Of a stretch of DNA of 64,000 nt, positions 18,740-28,638 are shown piece by piece (the stretch's first letter is position 1; every line of letters begins with the position of its first letter). The DNA lies in the NCBI GenBank assembly GCA_016933025.1, contig JAFGBT010000015.1, positions 78,064-142,063 of the forward strand, given 5' to 3'. The DNA is from Spirochaetota bacterium (lineage in GTDB: Bacteria; Spirochaetota; UBA4802; UBA5550). The position numbers and the translations under genes are program-made. The notes under the pieces were generated by a model that searched no databases, was not told the DNA's origin, and worked only from the letters and a program-made list of their open reading frames with translations.

Positions 18740-19579
18740 TTGGAATCGCAGGAACTGGCGTTACTCAGGAAGATCCGGCTGCGGCCGGGCAAGAAAATCA
18801 ACACCCTGTTCATGGGGGAGTACCACTCTGCCTTCAAGGGGCACGGGCTCTCCTTCGACTCGGTGCGCGAGTACCAGTACGGGGACGACGTCAGGAGCAT
18901 CGACTGGAACGTGTCGGCGCGCATGCGCCACCTTTTCGTGAAGCAGTATATAGAGGAGCGGGAGCTCTCGGTGGTGCTCATGATCGACATGTCGGGCTCC
19001 ACCGAGTTCGGCAGCGGCATGCGGAAGCGCGACCTCATTCTGGAGGTCGCCGCCCTCTTCCTGAACCTGGCGCAGATAAACCATGACCGGGTGAGCGTCT
19101 GCATCTTCACCGACCGGGTTGAGCGCTTCATACGGCCCAAGAAGGGCCGCCGGTTCATTCTAAAAGTGCTCGACGAGATTTTAAAGCACCGGCCGGAGGG
19201 AAGGAAGACCGATATATCGGGAGCCATCGATTTCATCCAGCGAGTGCTCAAGAAGCGGAGCATCGTATTCATCATCTCGGACTTTCTTTCAGGGGACGAC
19301 GGCTTTGTGTTGAAGATGAAGCTGCTGGCGCGGAAGCACGATATCATACCGGTGCAGGTCTTTGACCCTCTGGAAAAGGAGTCCCGGTTCTTCGGCCTCA
19401 CCGAGTTCGTGGACCTCGAAACGGGGAAGGTGTTCCTCTCGGACGCGGTCCCGGAAAAGGGGAATTTCCCGGCGCTCGCCGAGTTCAACGCCATATCGCT
19501 GAGCACGGCCGAGTCCATCGAGATACCGATCCTGAAGTTCTTCGAGAAGAGGAACAGGACACGTATTGTGCGCGGGTGA
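18740..19579 (+). CDS. DUF58 (vWA-like) protein, MoxR partner.
   Basis: TTG start immediately after the moxR stop. YQYGDDVRSIDWNVSAR and MIDMSGS motifs. Confidence 0.85.
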   Translation: MESQELALLRKIRLRPGKKINTLFMGEYHSAFKGHGLSFDSVREYQYGDDVRSIDWNVSARMRHLFVKQYIEERELSVVLMIDMSGSTEFGSGMRKRDLILEVAALFLNLAQINHDRVSVCIFTDRVERFIRPKKGRRFILKVLDEILKHRPEGRKTDISGAIDFIQRVLKKRSIVFIISDFLSGDDGFVLKMKLLARKHDIIPVQVFDPLEKESRFFGLTEFVDLETGKVFLSDAVPEKGNFPALAEFNAISLSTAESIEIPILKFFEKRNRTRIVRG

Positions 19580-19843
19580 TGCCTGTTATCCGCTATTCGT
19601 GCCGAGCGACTATGATAAATTTTCAAGTAGTGGTTGAAAATTCGCATTGATGAGCAATGACAATCATTGCAAGTATCCCCTCCCAGTATAAATAAAATTT
19701 CATTTTTAAAATAAATATACTTGACTAAATACTGCTGCTTGTTGGGATAAACTAACAAATTCAATAACGCCTTATTGATTTGAATATTGCAGTTTTTTTG
19801 AAAGGGAGACATGTGATAAAAATATTACAACGGGGGGAGAGTT

Positions 19844-20359
19844 ATGCTCAAACGATTTAAAGGAGTGGTGCTTGCTGTCTTTATCATGCCGATAATTGCC
19901 TTTTCAGGATGCGATTTTGGCGATAAGGAAAAAGATAATTCGGCGGTCCTGTTTTTGCTGTTAGCCAGCTCGTCGAATTACGGTTCGGTGGATTTTTCAT
20001 ATGGTGGAACTGATACGGGGGGATCAGCTGACAACTGGAGATCAGGCGGATTTGGCGACCCCGGTAGCGGTTCCTATCAGCAGGCATCATCGGAAGGTGC
20101 TGCACAGTTCTGGATTATCCTGACAGGAGGGCATGCTGTTGCTGATTATGATCAGGATAATGTTGAAATAATTTTTAACATTAATGGATATTCCTATACT
20201 ACTGTTACAGGTAGAGCCTTTACTTTGAGCATATCTTCTTGGCCGGGTGAAGGTGGTTTTGCTGAGGGTACCTTTAGTGGAACACTTGAGCGAGTTGATA
20301 ATAGTGCCCACACTGCTACCATATCTGGAGGAACTTTTAGAGTCAAAATATTGAATTAG
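19844..20359 (+). CDS. Hypothetical lipoprotein.
   Basis: 171 aa. Lipobox AFSGC. Lies in a low-GC segment with a GGAGAG RBS. Confidence 0.5.
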   Translation: MLKRFKGVVLAVFIMPIIAFSGCDFGDKEKDNSAVLFLLLASSSNYGSVDFSYGGTDTGGSADNWRSGGFGDPGSGSYQQASSEGAAQFWIILTGGHAVADYDQDNVEIIFNINGYSYTTVTGRAFTLSISSWPGEGGFAEGTFSGTLERVDNSAHTATISGGTFRVKILN

Positions 20360-20372
20360 ACCTATAGCGCTT

Positions 20373-20410
20373 CCTGTCCGCTTTGCGGGCAGGAAGCGCT
20401 ATATTCGCCT
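20373..20410 (+). terminator. Long hairpin (17-bp stem with 1 mismatch, 4-nt loop) downstream of the lipoprotein gene.
   Basis: tagcgcttcctgtccgc tttg cgggcaggaagcgcta read directly. No immediate T tract. Confidence 0.4.
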
Positions 20411-20578
20411 TTTCTGTCGCTTTGCTACGATAATTCCAATTGACAAAAACCCGCATACTCATAATGTAGTTCCCGTGCTTGTAACATTTGCGCCCGTCCT
20501 GAATCGAATAGTCCTATGATTTTCTCGCATTATTTTTCAATATTTTATAAGATAAAACCTGCTCAAAACCAGCAAAGC

Positions 20579-21583
20579 ATGTTACTGTGCGCCGTTGCAT
20601 TTGTGTTATGGTTGTGCGCCGCTTATAAAGCGACCGCCGCCGAGCCGCCCAAGATCAAGGCCGTGGTGAAGCCCGACAAGGCCACGGTGGGCTCGATTCT
20701 CGATTACCGGGTCAACGTGGCGGGCATGAATATCGGCACAATCGAGATCGTTCCGCCTGAAAAGCGCGAATGTTATCCTGAGCCGAAGAAAGAGGAACAG
20801 GCGAAGAAAAAGAGTGATAGGGGCGAGGACGCGGAAGAAGACCCGGCGCACTATGTTCCCCTGTACATCATACATTCCGTAAAAAAGGACGACCGGTCCG
20901 ACAAATCCATGACCGATATCACCGTGTCGATGCAGCTGTCATTTTACCGGCCCGGCACGTGGGCCCTCCCGGACATCGAGATCAGGGGAGCGGATGGCAT
21001 CGCCATCGGGTATAAGGTGCCGACCGTTGAGATACTCGCGGTTAACGAAAAGGGCGAGTATCAGGAGATAGAGCCGCCTCTTTCGCTCGGCGGCAACTAC
21101 TGGCGCCTTGCCTTCCTGGCCATGGGATTGATCGCTCTGGGAGTCGCCGCATTCTTTGCGTATCGTTACATCCGGAGAGTGTGGGAGGAAAGAAGGGCCG
21201 CCCCGATCGTCATTCCGCCAATAGAGACATTCATGTCGGATTTAGAAAAGTTCAATGGAGACAGGCTGATAGATGAGGGTAAGATCGAGGAGTTCGTCTT
21301 CGGCATATCGATGATTTTCCGGAAGTTCCTCTCGTCCCAGTTCGGCTTTGACGCGACCGATATGACCACTTACGAGATAGAGAGAAAAATCATGAAGGTA
21401 TTCCCGAGGAGCCTGTATGACCGGCATGCCGGCGATATCGTGCAGGGACTCAATCTCTGGGACCTTTCGAAATTTGCGGAGTTCACCCCGTCAGGAGACA
21501 TGCTTCGCGCGAGCCTGGCGAAAACGATAGAGCTGGCCAAGAACCTTTCCGGGGAGGCGGACGATGGCGCACCTCGAGTTTAA
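20579..21583 (+). CDS. Hypothetical signal-peptide/TM protein inside the Bat operon.
   Basis: Start chosen at MLLCAVAFVLWLCAAYKATAA (signal peptide). One internal TM helix. Acidic/lysine-rich stretch. Confidence 0.5.
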   Translation: MLLCAVAFVLWLCAAYKATAAEPPKIKAVVKPDKATVGSILDYRVNVAGMNIGTIEIVPPEKRECYPEPKKEEQAKKKSDRGEDAEEDPAHYVPLYIIHSVKKDDRSDKSMTDITVSMQLSFYRPGTWALPDIEIRGADGIAIGYKVPTVEILAVNEKGEYQEIEPPLSLGGNYWRLAFLAMGLIALGVAAFFAYRYIRRVWEERRAAPIVIPPIETFMSDLEKFNGDRLIDEGKIEEFVFGISMIFRKFLSSQFGFDATDMTTYEIERKIMKVFPRSLYDRHAGDIVQGLNLWDLSKFAEFTPSGDMLRASLAKTIELAKNLSGEADDGAPRV

Positions 21584-22559
21584 AAATGCCATGTTCCTCC
21601 TCCTGCTCGTCCCGTGGGCGGCGATGATCTTCTGGTTTTTCTTCCGGCGGATCTACAACCGGGAGGCCGCTGTCGCCATATCGTCCGAGCGGGTGTTTCG
21701 CGCGAGGGAATCGGTTCGCGCCCGGACCTACCGGTTTCTCCCCGCGCTCCGGTTTGCCGCGGTACTTCTGCTCATCATCGCCATGTCCAGGCCGGGGAAG
21801 GGCATCCATTATTCAAGCATCAAGAACCTGGGCATCGACATCATGGTTGCCATGGACGTTTCGCTCTCCATGCTGGCCGAGGACTTTCAGCCGAAAAACC
21901 GGCTGGCGGTGTCCAAGCAGGTGATCGGTGACTTCGTGGGACGCCGCAGGGCCGACCGGATCGGGATGGTGGTGTTTGCCGGCGAAGCGTATCTGCAGTG
22001 TCCGCTGACTCTCGAGCACCGGATGATCAATGATATCGTGAACGAGGTGGATTTCGAGTCCGTTCACGTTGACGGTACGGCCATCGGCGACGCGATCGCC
22101 CTTGCCACGGCGCGTATGATGGACAGCAAGGCCAGGAGCAGGGTTATCCTTCTGGTCACCGACGGGATGAACAACCGCGGGAGCATCGACCCGGAGACCG
22201 CTGCGAAGGCCGCCGCGGAGATGGGGATCAAGATATACACGGTCGGCATCGGGAAGAAAGGGGAGGCGGTCCCGTACCCGACCGGGATACCGATGATGAA
22301 GCAGCACGTCGTAATCGACCTGGACGACGAGATGCTGAAAAAGGTTGCGGAGACCACCGGCGGCAGGTATTATAACGCCACTTCGAGCGGCGTGCTCTGG
22401 CAGAACATCAAGGACATCGACCGGCTTGAGAAGAGCCAGGTCGAGATAAAACAGTACCATGAGTTTTACGACCGGTTCCAGTGGTTTCTCCTGGCGGCCG
22501 CGGCGCTGTTTTTCGCGGAAATATTTCTACGGTCGGTTTTTTATCGTAAGGTTCCATGA
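21564..22559 (+). CDS. batA: vWA-domain aerotolerance protein BatA.
   Basis: 331 aa. N-terminal TM helices. vWA MIDAS motif DVSLSM. The operon also contains MoxR and DUF58. Confidence 0.85.
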   Translation: MAHLEFKNAMFLLLLVPWAAMIFWFFFRRIYNREAAVAISSERVFRARESVRARTYRFLPALRFAAVLLLIIAMSRPGKGIHYSSIKNLGIDIMVAMDVSLSMLAEDFQPKNRLAVSKQVIGDFVGRRRADRIGMVVFAGEAYLQCPLTLEHRMINDIVNEVDFESVHVDGTAIGDAIALATARMMDSKARSRVILLVTDGMNNRGSIDPETAAKAAAEMGIKIYTVGIGKKGEAVPYPTGIPMMKQHVVIDLDDEMLKKVAETTGGRYYNATSSGVLWQNIKDIDRLEKSQVEIKQYHEFYDRFQWFLLAAAALFFAEIFLRSVFYRKVP

Positions 22560-23626
22560 GTATGGCGGCCCCGGAGGCGCGTTCCCGTGAACGCGCCTCC
22601 GGGGCCGCGGTAAAAGGCATACGGATGATCCAATTCGGCAACTATACATATCTGGTCTACATCGTTTCGGTTTCTGCGGTGGTGATGGCGCTGTATGCCG
22701 CCTATCTCCTCTGGAAACGGCATGCGGTGGCGCTTATGCAGAGGGGCGTCGCGCGCGACCACCTGATCAGGGGCTCGCAGACTGTGGGGAAGATCAAAAG
22801 TGTCCTTATGGCCGTCTCAATCGCACTGTGCGCTCTGCTTCTTCTCAGGCCCCAGTGGGGCGAGCAGGTCAGGGAGGTTCACAGCGAGGGCTCCGATGTC
22901 CTCATCGCCCTGGATGTGAGTCCCAGCATGCTCGCGCAGGACGTTAAGCCGAGCAGGCTGCAGCACGCCAAGGACGCGGTGCGCTGGCTCGTGGAGTCGC
23001 TCAAAGGCGACCGGGTCGGGCTTGTGCTTTTTTCCGGCGACGCGTTTCTCCAGTGCCCTCTCACCAACGACTACGGCGCCTTCATGATGTTCCTGGACGC
23101 GGCGTCGCCCGACTCCATACATCTCAAGGGGACCGACATCGGCATGGCCCTGCGTCAGGCCTACCGCGTTTTCAAGGACAAGCGCCTTACCTCGCGAATG
23201 CTGGTGATCATAACCGATGGTGAAGATCACGAGGGCACGGCGGAGGAAGCGGCGAAGATGTTCCGCAAAATGGACGTGGCGGTCTACACGGTAGGCATCG
23301 GGACGGGGTCCGGTGAGGTGATCCCTGCGACGGGCGACGACGAGACCGCCGATAATTATTACCGCGACGGCTCGGGGAAGCTGATAAAGACAAGAAAAGA
23401 CGCCTCGTTTTTAAAGAGAATCGCGGGTCTAACTCGCGGCGCTTACATCGACATATCGGGGAGTTTTTCCGATCTCAGCTTCATTATCGGCATCATCAAT
23501 GACCAGCGCCGCAACGAATACGGATCCCGGATTATTAAGGAACCCCGCGAGCATTATCAGATTTTCACCCTCCTCTTGATCATGCTCCTTTCGCTCGAGC
23601 TGATGCTTCCTGAGCGGAAATGGTGA
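22556..23626 (+). CDS. batB: vWA-domain aerotolerance protein BatB.
   Basis: Paralogous to BatA. vWA MIDAS motif DVSPSM. C-terminal TM helix. The true start may be the internal Met at 22625. Confidence 0.8.
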   Translation: MSMAAPEARSRERASGAAVKGIRMIQFGNYTYLVYIVSVSAVVMALYAAYLLWKRHAVALMQRGVARDHLIRGSQTVGKIKSVLMAVSIALCALLLLRPQWGEQVREVHSEGSDVLIALDVSPSMLAQDVKPSRLQHAKDAVRWLVESLKGDRVGLVLFSGDAFLQCPLTNDYGAFMMFLDAASPDSIHLKGTDIGMALRQAYRVFKDKRLTSRMLVIITDGEDHEGTAEEAAKMFRKMDVAVYTVGIGTGSGEVIPATGDDETADNYYRDGSGKLIKTRKDASFLKRIAGLTRGAYIDISGSFSDLSFIIGIINDQRRNEYGSRIIKEPREHYQIFTLLLIMLLSLELMLPERKW

Positions 23627-23820
23627 TGCGCGCCGACCGTCCTGCCGGTCGGTTTCAATCGATCTATTAAGCACGTTTCTGATATCAGAAACCAGCCGGT
23701 TTCTGGGTGATAAAAATCATTGACACCCCTTGGCGACAATCCAAATCTTCAGTATTATTTTTTCAGGCAGTAAAGAGCGATGCTTGGCATCATGTTAGGA
23801 GGGAGCAATATAACAGGTGT

Positions 23821-24762
23821 ATGAAGAATGAAATATGCAGAGTACTGCTGGTGACTGACAATGTGGCCATGGTCACGGCGATAACCGGGTTCCTTGATGG
23901 AGAGAGGTTTTCCATCTCGACCTGTCCGGGCAGCAACAGGATCATCAGGATTGTCTCCTTGATGCTCGAGAAGGAGCGGTTTGACGCGGTCATCATCGAT
24001 ATGGTCGCCCTGATATACGCCGGGAACGAGCTTCTCAAGGAAGTGAGGAAGGCTGCTATGCGTCCGGCGGTCATCCTGATTACCGGCAACAGCGCGGCGG
24101 CGATGGCAATGGATTACATCAACAGGGGGGTGAGCGATATCCTCACCCGCCCGGTCAATCGCGACCACCTTCTGATGGTGCTGAATAGGGTCATGGAACG
24201 CAAACAGATGCTGGCGGAGGCGCAGGAGCGCGAGCCGTACCGGCAGACCCGGCTCGTTGACAGCCTTACCGGCCTCTATAACAGGAGTTATTTCCGGGAG
24301 CGGGTCGAGCAGGAGATCTCCTTCTCTCGCAGAAAGAAGGGGAAGTTTTCGGTCATCTTCATGGAGATACACAACCTGAAAAAAATTAATGATGATTTCG
24401 GCAGAGAGGCCGGCGACGATCTTCTGAAGAGCGTGTCGGCGAACATCCAGGAATTGTGCCGCGATTGCGATACCATCGCCCGCTGCGGCGGCGACGAGTT
24501 TGGGATTATTCTGCCGGACGCCTCATCTGAAACGGTGCAATCGGTCGCCGGGCGCATCCTGGGGGCGGTTTTGTCCGGACGGTACCTCTGCATCAACAAC
24601 GGCCCGGTCGCCGCCTCCATCGGCATATCGTCTTTCCCGAAGCATGCCGAGGAGCCGCGGGAGTTGCTCAGAAAGGCTGACCGTGCCCTCACACACAGCA
24701 GGGAATCCGGGAGCAATCGGTACACACTCTATATCAGCGAATTAAACGGCCATCCCGCATAG
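23821..24762 (+). CDS. Response-regulator receiver + GGDEF diguanylate cyclase.
   Basis: REC-like N-terminus. C-terminal GGDEF domain (RCGGDEFGIIL, LTGLYNRSYF). Confidence 0.8.
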   Translation: MKNEICRVLLVTDNVAMVTAITGFLDGERFSISTCPGSNRIIRIVSLMLEKERFDAVIIDMVALIYAGNELLKEVRKAAMRPAVILITGNSAAAMAMDYINRGVSDILTRPVNRDHLLMVLNRVMERKQMLAEAQEREPYRQTRLVDSLTGLYNRSYFRERVEQEISFSRRKKGKFSVIFMEIHNLKKINDDFGREAGDDLLKSVSANIQELCRDCDTIARCGGDEFGIILPDASSETVQSVAGRILGAVLSGRYLCINNGPVAASIGISSFPKHAEEPRELLRKADRALTHSRESGSNRYTLYISELNGHPA

Positions 24763-24835
24763 GCCCGCGTAACTTTTTTGCTTGCGCGAAACACATATCT
24801 TCTATCAGTATTACTCCAGTGACAGGTAATTGAGA

Positions 24836-25020
24836 ATGGGGCTGTCTCGCATCCCCCCTAAATCCCCCGAAGGGGGACTTTAAAGAATTAAGAACTGAAA
24901 AGCCCCCCTCTGGGGGGTGGGGGGTGTCGCAAGCTATATTTAGGACAGTCCCGTGTCATGGCGAGCGCACCCTTCGACTCCGCTCAGGGTAAACTCCGTC
25001 GAGGCAGGCGACGCCATCTT
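24836..25020. repeat. Intergenic repeat: poly-C/G hairpins (CCCCCGAAGGGGG, CCCCCCTCTGGGGGG), then a REP-like unit gtcatggcgagcgcacccttcgactccgctcagggtaaactccgtcgaggca.
   Basis: Related units at 41205-41370 and 56150-56240 share the ccttcgac...gctcagg(g/a)taaactccgtcgaggca core. Confidence 0.55.
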
Positions 25021-25035
25021 GATTGGGAATAAAAC

Positions 25036-25716
25036 ATGATTGCAAGAAAAATATTGATGTTTTCAGTATTGATCCTTTCGGTGTTTTCCATCGCGTGGCT
25101 CGATCCCTACCGTGACGCCGTCTCCAGCGGCAATGATGAATACGGCAGTAAGAAATACAACAATGCAAAGCGGTATTATGAAAAGGCTGAAAAATATGCG
25201 CCGGCTGAGGACGATAAGAAAAAGCTCTCCCTGAATATGGCCGACGCGGATTTCATGCTTGAAGATTACGACGGCGCCATTGCTGGCTTCCAGAGGGCGA
25301 TTCAATCTGACGACCGGGAGGTGCAAAAGAAAGCCTTTTTCAACACCGGGAATGCCTACCTCAAGCAGGGAAATTACCGTGAGGCGATTAATGCATATGT
25401 AAACGCCCTTAAAATCGATCCAAATTATGATAAGGCAAAGAAGAATATCGAGTATATCCTCAAGCATATGAATAACAAGGATAACAAGAGGGATAATAAA
25501 GATAATAAAGATAAAGACAAGAGGAAGGACTCAGATAAATCACAGCAAAACAAGAAGCAGGACCCGAAACGGCAGCAGGGGAAGGACCGGCAGCAGGCCG
25601 ACAACCAGATGAACAGGGAGCAGATTCAGAACATTCTCCGTTCCCTTCAGCAGAGCCCTGTTCGTCGCCAGAAAGGGAGCAGCGGCGAGAGGAGGAAGCT
25701 TGAGAAATTCTGGTAA
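25036..25716 (+). CDS. batC: TPR-repeat aerotolerance protein BatC.
   Basis: Signal anchor. TPR motifs (GNAYLKQGNYREAINAY). Lys/Asp-rich C-terminal tail typical of BatC. Confidence 0.7.
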   Translation: MIARKILMFSVLILSVFSIAWLDPYRDAVSSGNDEYGSKKYNNAKRYYEKAEKYAPAEDDKKKLSLNMADADFMLEDYDGAIAGFQRAIQSDDREVQKKAFFNTGNAYLKQGNYREAINAYVNALKIDPNYDKAKKNIEYILKHMNNKDNKRDNKDNKDKDKRKDSDKSQQNKKQDPKRQQGKDRQQADNQMNREQIQNILRSLQQSPVRRQKGSSGERRKLEKFW

Positions 25717-27340
25717 GATAGTTCTCTCCGCGTTGTTGGCGATCGGTCTCGCAATGCCGATGTCCGCGGCACAGCTTGAGACCGACATCGACGACGTGTC
25801 GATTGAGGCGGGCGGCACGACAACGCTCAGGGTCCGACTCTCGGGCGACCCGGCCGACGTCAAGACCCTGAAATTCCCCTCCGTCCCCGGGCTCCGGATT
25901 GAGTATTCCGGGATGGAGAGAAGCTTTGAGTACATCAACGGCAAGTCGTGGTCCGGTGCCAAACTCCTCTTCACCATCACCGGCCTGAAGCGGGGGACCT
26001 ACCGAATTCCCTCCTTTGTGTTCCAGCGCGGCAAGGAGCGGATGCAATCCCGCGAAGTGAGCCTTACCGTAACGGCGGGAGGAGAGGACGGCACGACCGC
26101 TGTGGCGGATGTCAAGAGCGCGGTGGAGCTCTCTTCTGCCAGCGCCTATGTCGGGCAGCCGGTGATCATGCGCTATTACATTATGACCGCCGGCCTCCGC
26201 GCCGCGGTGAACCAGTTTAACGATTACCCTGACACCAAGGGATTCGCCATAAAGACCATCGACGATCCCGCCCACGAGGAACGGCGCATTCGCGAGGGCG
26301 ACTACGAGAAGGCGCACCTTGTGACCTTTGCGCTTATACCGGCGGGTCCGGGAAATTATCGTGTCGGCGGCGGGTCCGCCGTACTGACGGTTGAGGCCCC
26401 GGCGCGCCGCCGTGGCGGGCCGGACTTTTTCGGCATGAATTTTCCCGGCTTCACCCGCCGGCAGGTCCTCGAGTTCGAGACCAGGCCGCTCGCCATTCTC
26501 CCCCTGCCGGCGGCGGGCAGGCCCGATAATTTCCAGGGCGATATCGGCTCATTCAGCATCAGGGCCGATGTGCCCGACGGCGAGATCACGGTGTTCGAGG
26601 AAAAGAAGATCGCCGTGACAGTGGAGGGTGCCGGGAACCTGGCGACCATGACGAAGCCGGTCCTCGAGCGCGAGGTCCCCGGGCTCAAGGTCATAGCCGA
26701 GGAGGGAGAATCCTCCATCAGTATCGAGGGCGGAAGGCTCCGCGGAAGCAAAAAGTTTACTTATACCCTCATTCCCGAGAAGGCGGGCGAGGTGAAGGCG
26801 GGCCGGCTCAGGCTATCCTTTTTCAATCCTGACAGCGGCCGGTACGAGACAGCAGAAACGAAAGAGATAGCGTTTGTGGCGAAGGGAGACGGCACGCGCC
26901 AGGGAGTCCGATTTGACGATGACGCCGAGAAGAAGATAGACCTGAATCCTCTCTATTTTGTCCTCATTGCCTTGGCCCTGGCGGGGGCCATAGCCTTCGT
27001 AACCTTCTGGGAGCGGAGGAGGTTTCGCATGGTCGCCCACGGAACGGATGCACAGGCCGGCAGGGAAGATCATCCCGAAGTTTTCCAGGGGCGGGACTAC
27101 ATCGCCGAAGCCGGCAGATGCGCTGAGCGGAACGACAGGGACGGCTTCCTGGGGTCGGCGGAGAAAGCCCTTGACCAGATAAAGAAGGGCTACGGCGATG
27201 CGGTCTCGGAGGGCGCCGGAGCCGCCATCGCGCGCGCCAAGGATGAAATTTACGGGTACCGGTTCGGCCGCGGCGCCATCTCACCTGCCGATATGAAGCG
27301 CCTTCTTGAAGAGATTGTGCGACTTAAAGCATCCCGGTAG
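25700..27340 (+). CDS. batD: Oxygen-tolerance protein BatD.
   Basis: 546 aa. Signal peptide. BatD-like N-terminal domain. TM helix near residue 420. Confidence 0.75.
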   Translation: MRNSGKIVLSALLAIGLAMPMSAAQLETDIDDVSIEAGGTTTLRVRLSGDPADVKTLKFPSVPGLRIEYSGMERSFEYINGKSWSGAKLLFTITGLKRGTYRIPSFVFQRGKERMQSREVSLTVTAGGEDGTTAVADVKSAVELSSASAYVGQPVIMRYYIMTAGLRAAVNQFNDYPDTKGFAIKTIDDPAHEERRIREGDYEKAHLVTFALIPAGPGNYRVGGGSAVLTVEAPARRRGGPDFFGMNFPGFTRRQVLEFETRPLAILPLPAAGRPDNFQGDIGSFSIRADVPDGEITVFEEKKIAVTVEGAGNLATMTKPVLEREVPGLKVIAEEGESSISIEGGRLRGSKKFTYTLIPEKAGEVKAGRLRLSFFNPDSGRYETAETKEIAFVAKGDGTRQGVRFDDDAEKKIDLNPLYFVLIALALAGAIAFVTFWERRRFRMVAHGTDAQAGREDHPEVFQGRDYIAEAGRCAERNDRDGFLGSAEKALDQIKKGYGDAVSEGAGAAIARAKDEIYGYRFGRGAISPADMKRLLEEIVRLKASR

Positions 27341-27348
27341 AGGCGAGG

Positions 27349-28131
27349 TCATACATGTTTTTTCGATTCCTGCCAGAGCCTCTCCATTTCATCGATTGTC
27401 ATCTCTTCCAGGTTTTTCCCGATTTCGTTCGCCCGTTTTTCGATATACTTGAACCGTGCTGTGAACTTGTCGATCGTTTTCATCAGGGCGTCTTCCGGGT
27501 TGATGTTCATGAAGCGGAGAAGGTTGGCGATGCTGAAGAGAATGTCTCCGGCCTCCTCGGCGGCCTGCTCCCTGTTCGGTGACGCGATTGCGGCCTTGAG
27601 CTCGGCCACCTCCTCGTCCAGCTTCGCCGATACGTCCTCGATGCGCTCCCAGTCGAAGCCGACACGTGATGCCCGCTGCTGTATCCGGTAGGCCTTGAGG
27701 AGGGACGGCATATGCCTGGGTACGCCGTCGAGCAGCGACTCGCGGCCGGGCTTTTCCTCTTTCTTGATTTTTTCCCATTGCTCGACGACCTGGTCCGATT
27801 CAGCCAGGCGTTCGCCTCCGAACACGTGGGGGTGCCTCAGGATGATCTTGTCGATAATAGACTGCGCCACGTCGTCGATGGTGAAGTCCCCCCGCTCCCG
27901 CGCTATCTCCGCGTGCAGGTATATCTGCAGCAGTACATCGCCCATTTCTTCCTTTACATGGGCCGGATCGCCGCTCTCTATGGCGTCAAGCGCCTCGTAC
28001 GCCTCCTCGATGAGATAGGGCCTCAGCGAATCGTGGGTCTGTTTTCGGTCCCAGGGGCAGCCGTTCTCGGCCCTGAGGGCTGCGACGATCTCGGCGAACC
28101 GGTAGAGGGGGCGTGTTTCCTTGAATTTCAT
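27349..28131 (-). CDS. mazG: Nucleoside triphosphate pyrophosphohydrolase MazG.
   Basis: 260 aa. Tandem MazG EExxE motifs (LIEEAYE, VAELKAA) and GCPWDRKQTH. Confidence 0.85.
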   Translation of the reverse strand: MKFKETRPLYRFAEIVAALRAENGCPWDRKQTHDSLRPYLIEEAYEALDAIESGDPAHVKEEMGDVLLQIYLHAEIARERGDFTIDDVAQSIIDKIILRHPHVFGGERLAESDQVVEQWEKIKKEEKPGRESLLDGVPRHMPSLLKAYRIQQRASRVGFDWERIEDVSAKLDEEVAELKAAIASPNREQAAEEAGDILFSIANLLRFMNINPEDALMKTIDKFTARFKYIEKRANEIGKNLEEMTIDEMERLWQESKKHV

Positions 28132-28347
28132 GGCGCGTCTGCTCCGTTACAGTTTGCAGATACGATGCTTCATCGCTTCTGCCGGAGTCAATACCTTTTC
28201 GGGCGCCGTGATGGCGGGGGATTGCCCGACCGGGCCTTTGCGTTGATAAGGGCCTCATATGCACTTAACTCTTGACAGGATAGTACTTGTTGGTTAGCCT
28301 ACCATCTCCGGTCGGGCCCCGGCCGGATTAGTGACGGGGAGTCGCAG

Positions 28348-28629
28348 ATGCAACGCGAAATCATTTATGACACTCTCGAGACGTTCCTCGGTGCGCTCAG
28401 GGAGAATTCCATCAGCAAGATAGCCTTCGGCGAGACCAGCGAGAAGCGAGCTTTGGAGGTGGAACCGGGGAAACTCCAGATCGTTCACGTGGAGCGTGTC
28501 GATCTGCTCGGCTACCGCGATTCGGCAATATACAAGTGCGTCCTGAAAGACGTTGATCGCGATGCCCTTGCTGATCGTTTGACCGCTGAAGGATTCGAGG
28601 TCACGCGGCGGAGCAGGAACATCACCTGA
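28348..28629 (+). CDS. Hypothetical protein.
   Basis: 93-aa ORF with plausible codon usage. No recognisable domain. Confidence 0.4.
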   Translation: MQREIIYDTLETFLGALRENSISKIAFGETSEKRALEVEPGKLQIVHVERVDLLGYRDSAIYKCVLKDVDRDALADRLTAEGFEVTRRSRNIT

Positions 28630-28638
28630 GGAAGGGCC

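Noticed and set aside
20516-20578. N-terminal 21-aa extension of the Bat-operon membrane protein ORF.
   Set aside because: AT-rich and precedes a clear signal peptide starting at MLLCAVAF. Likely non-coding leader.
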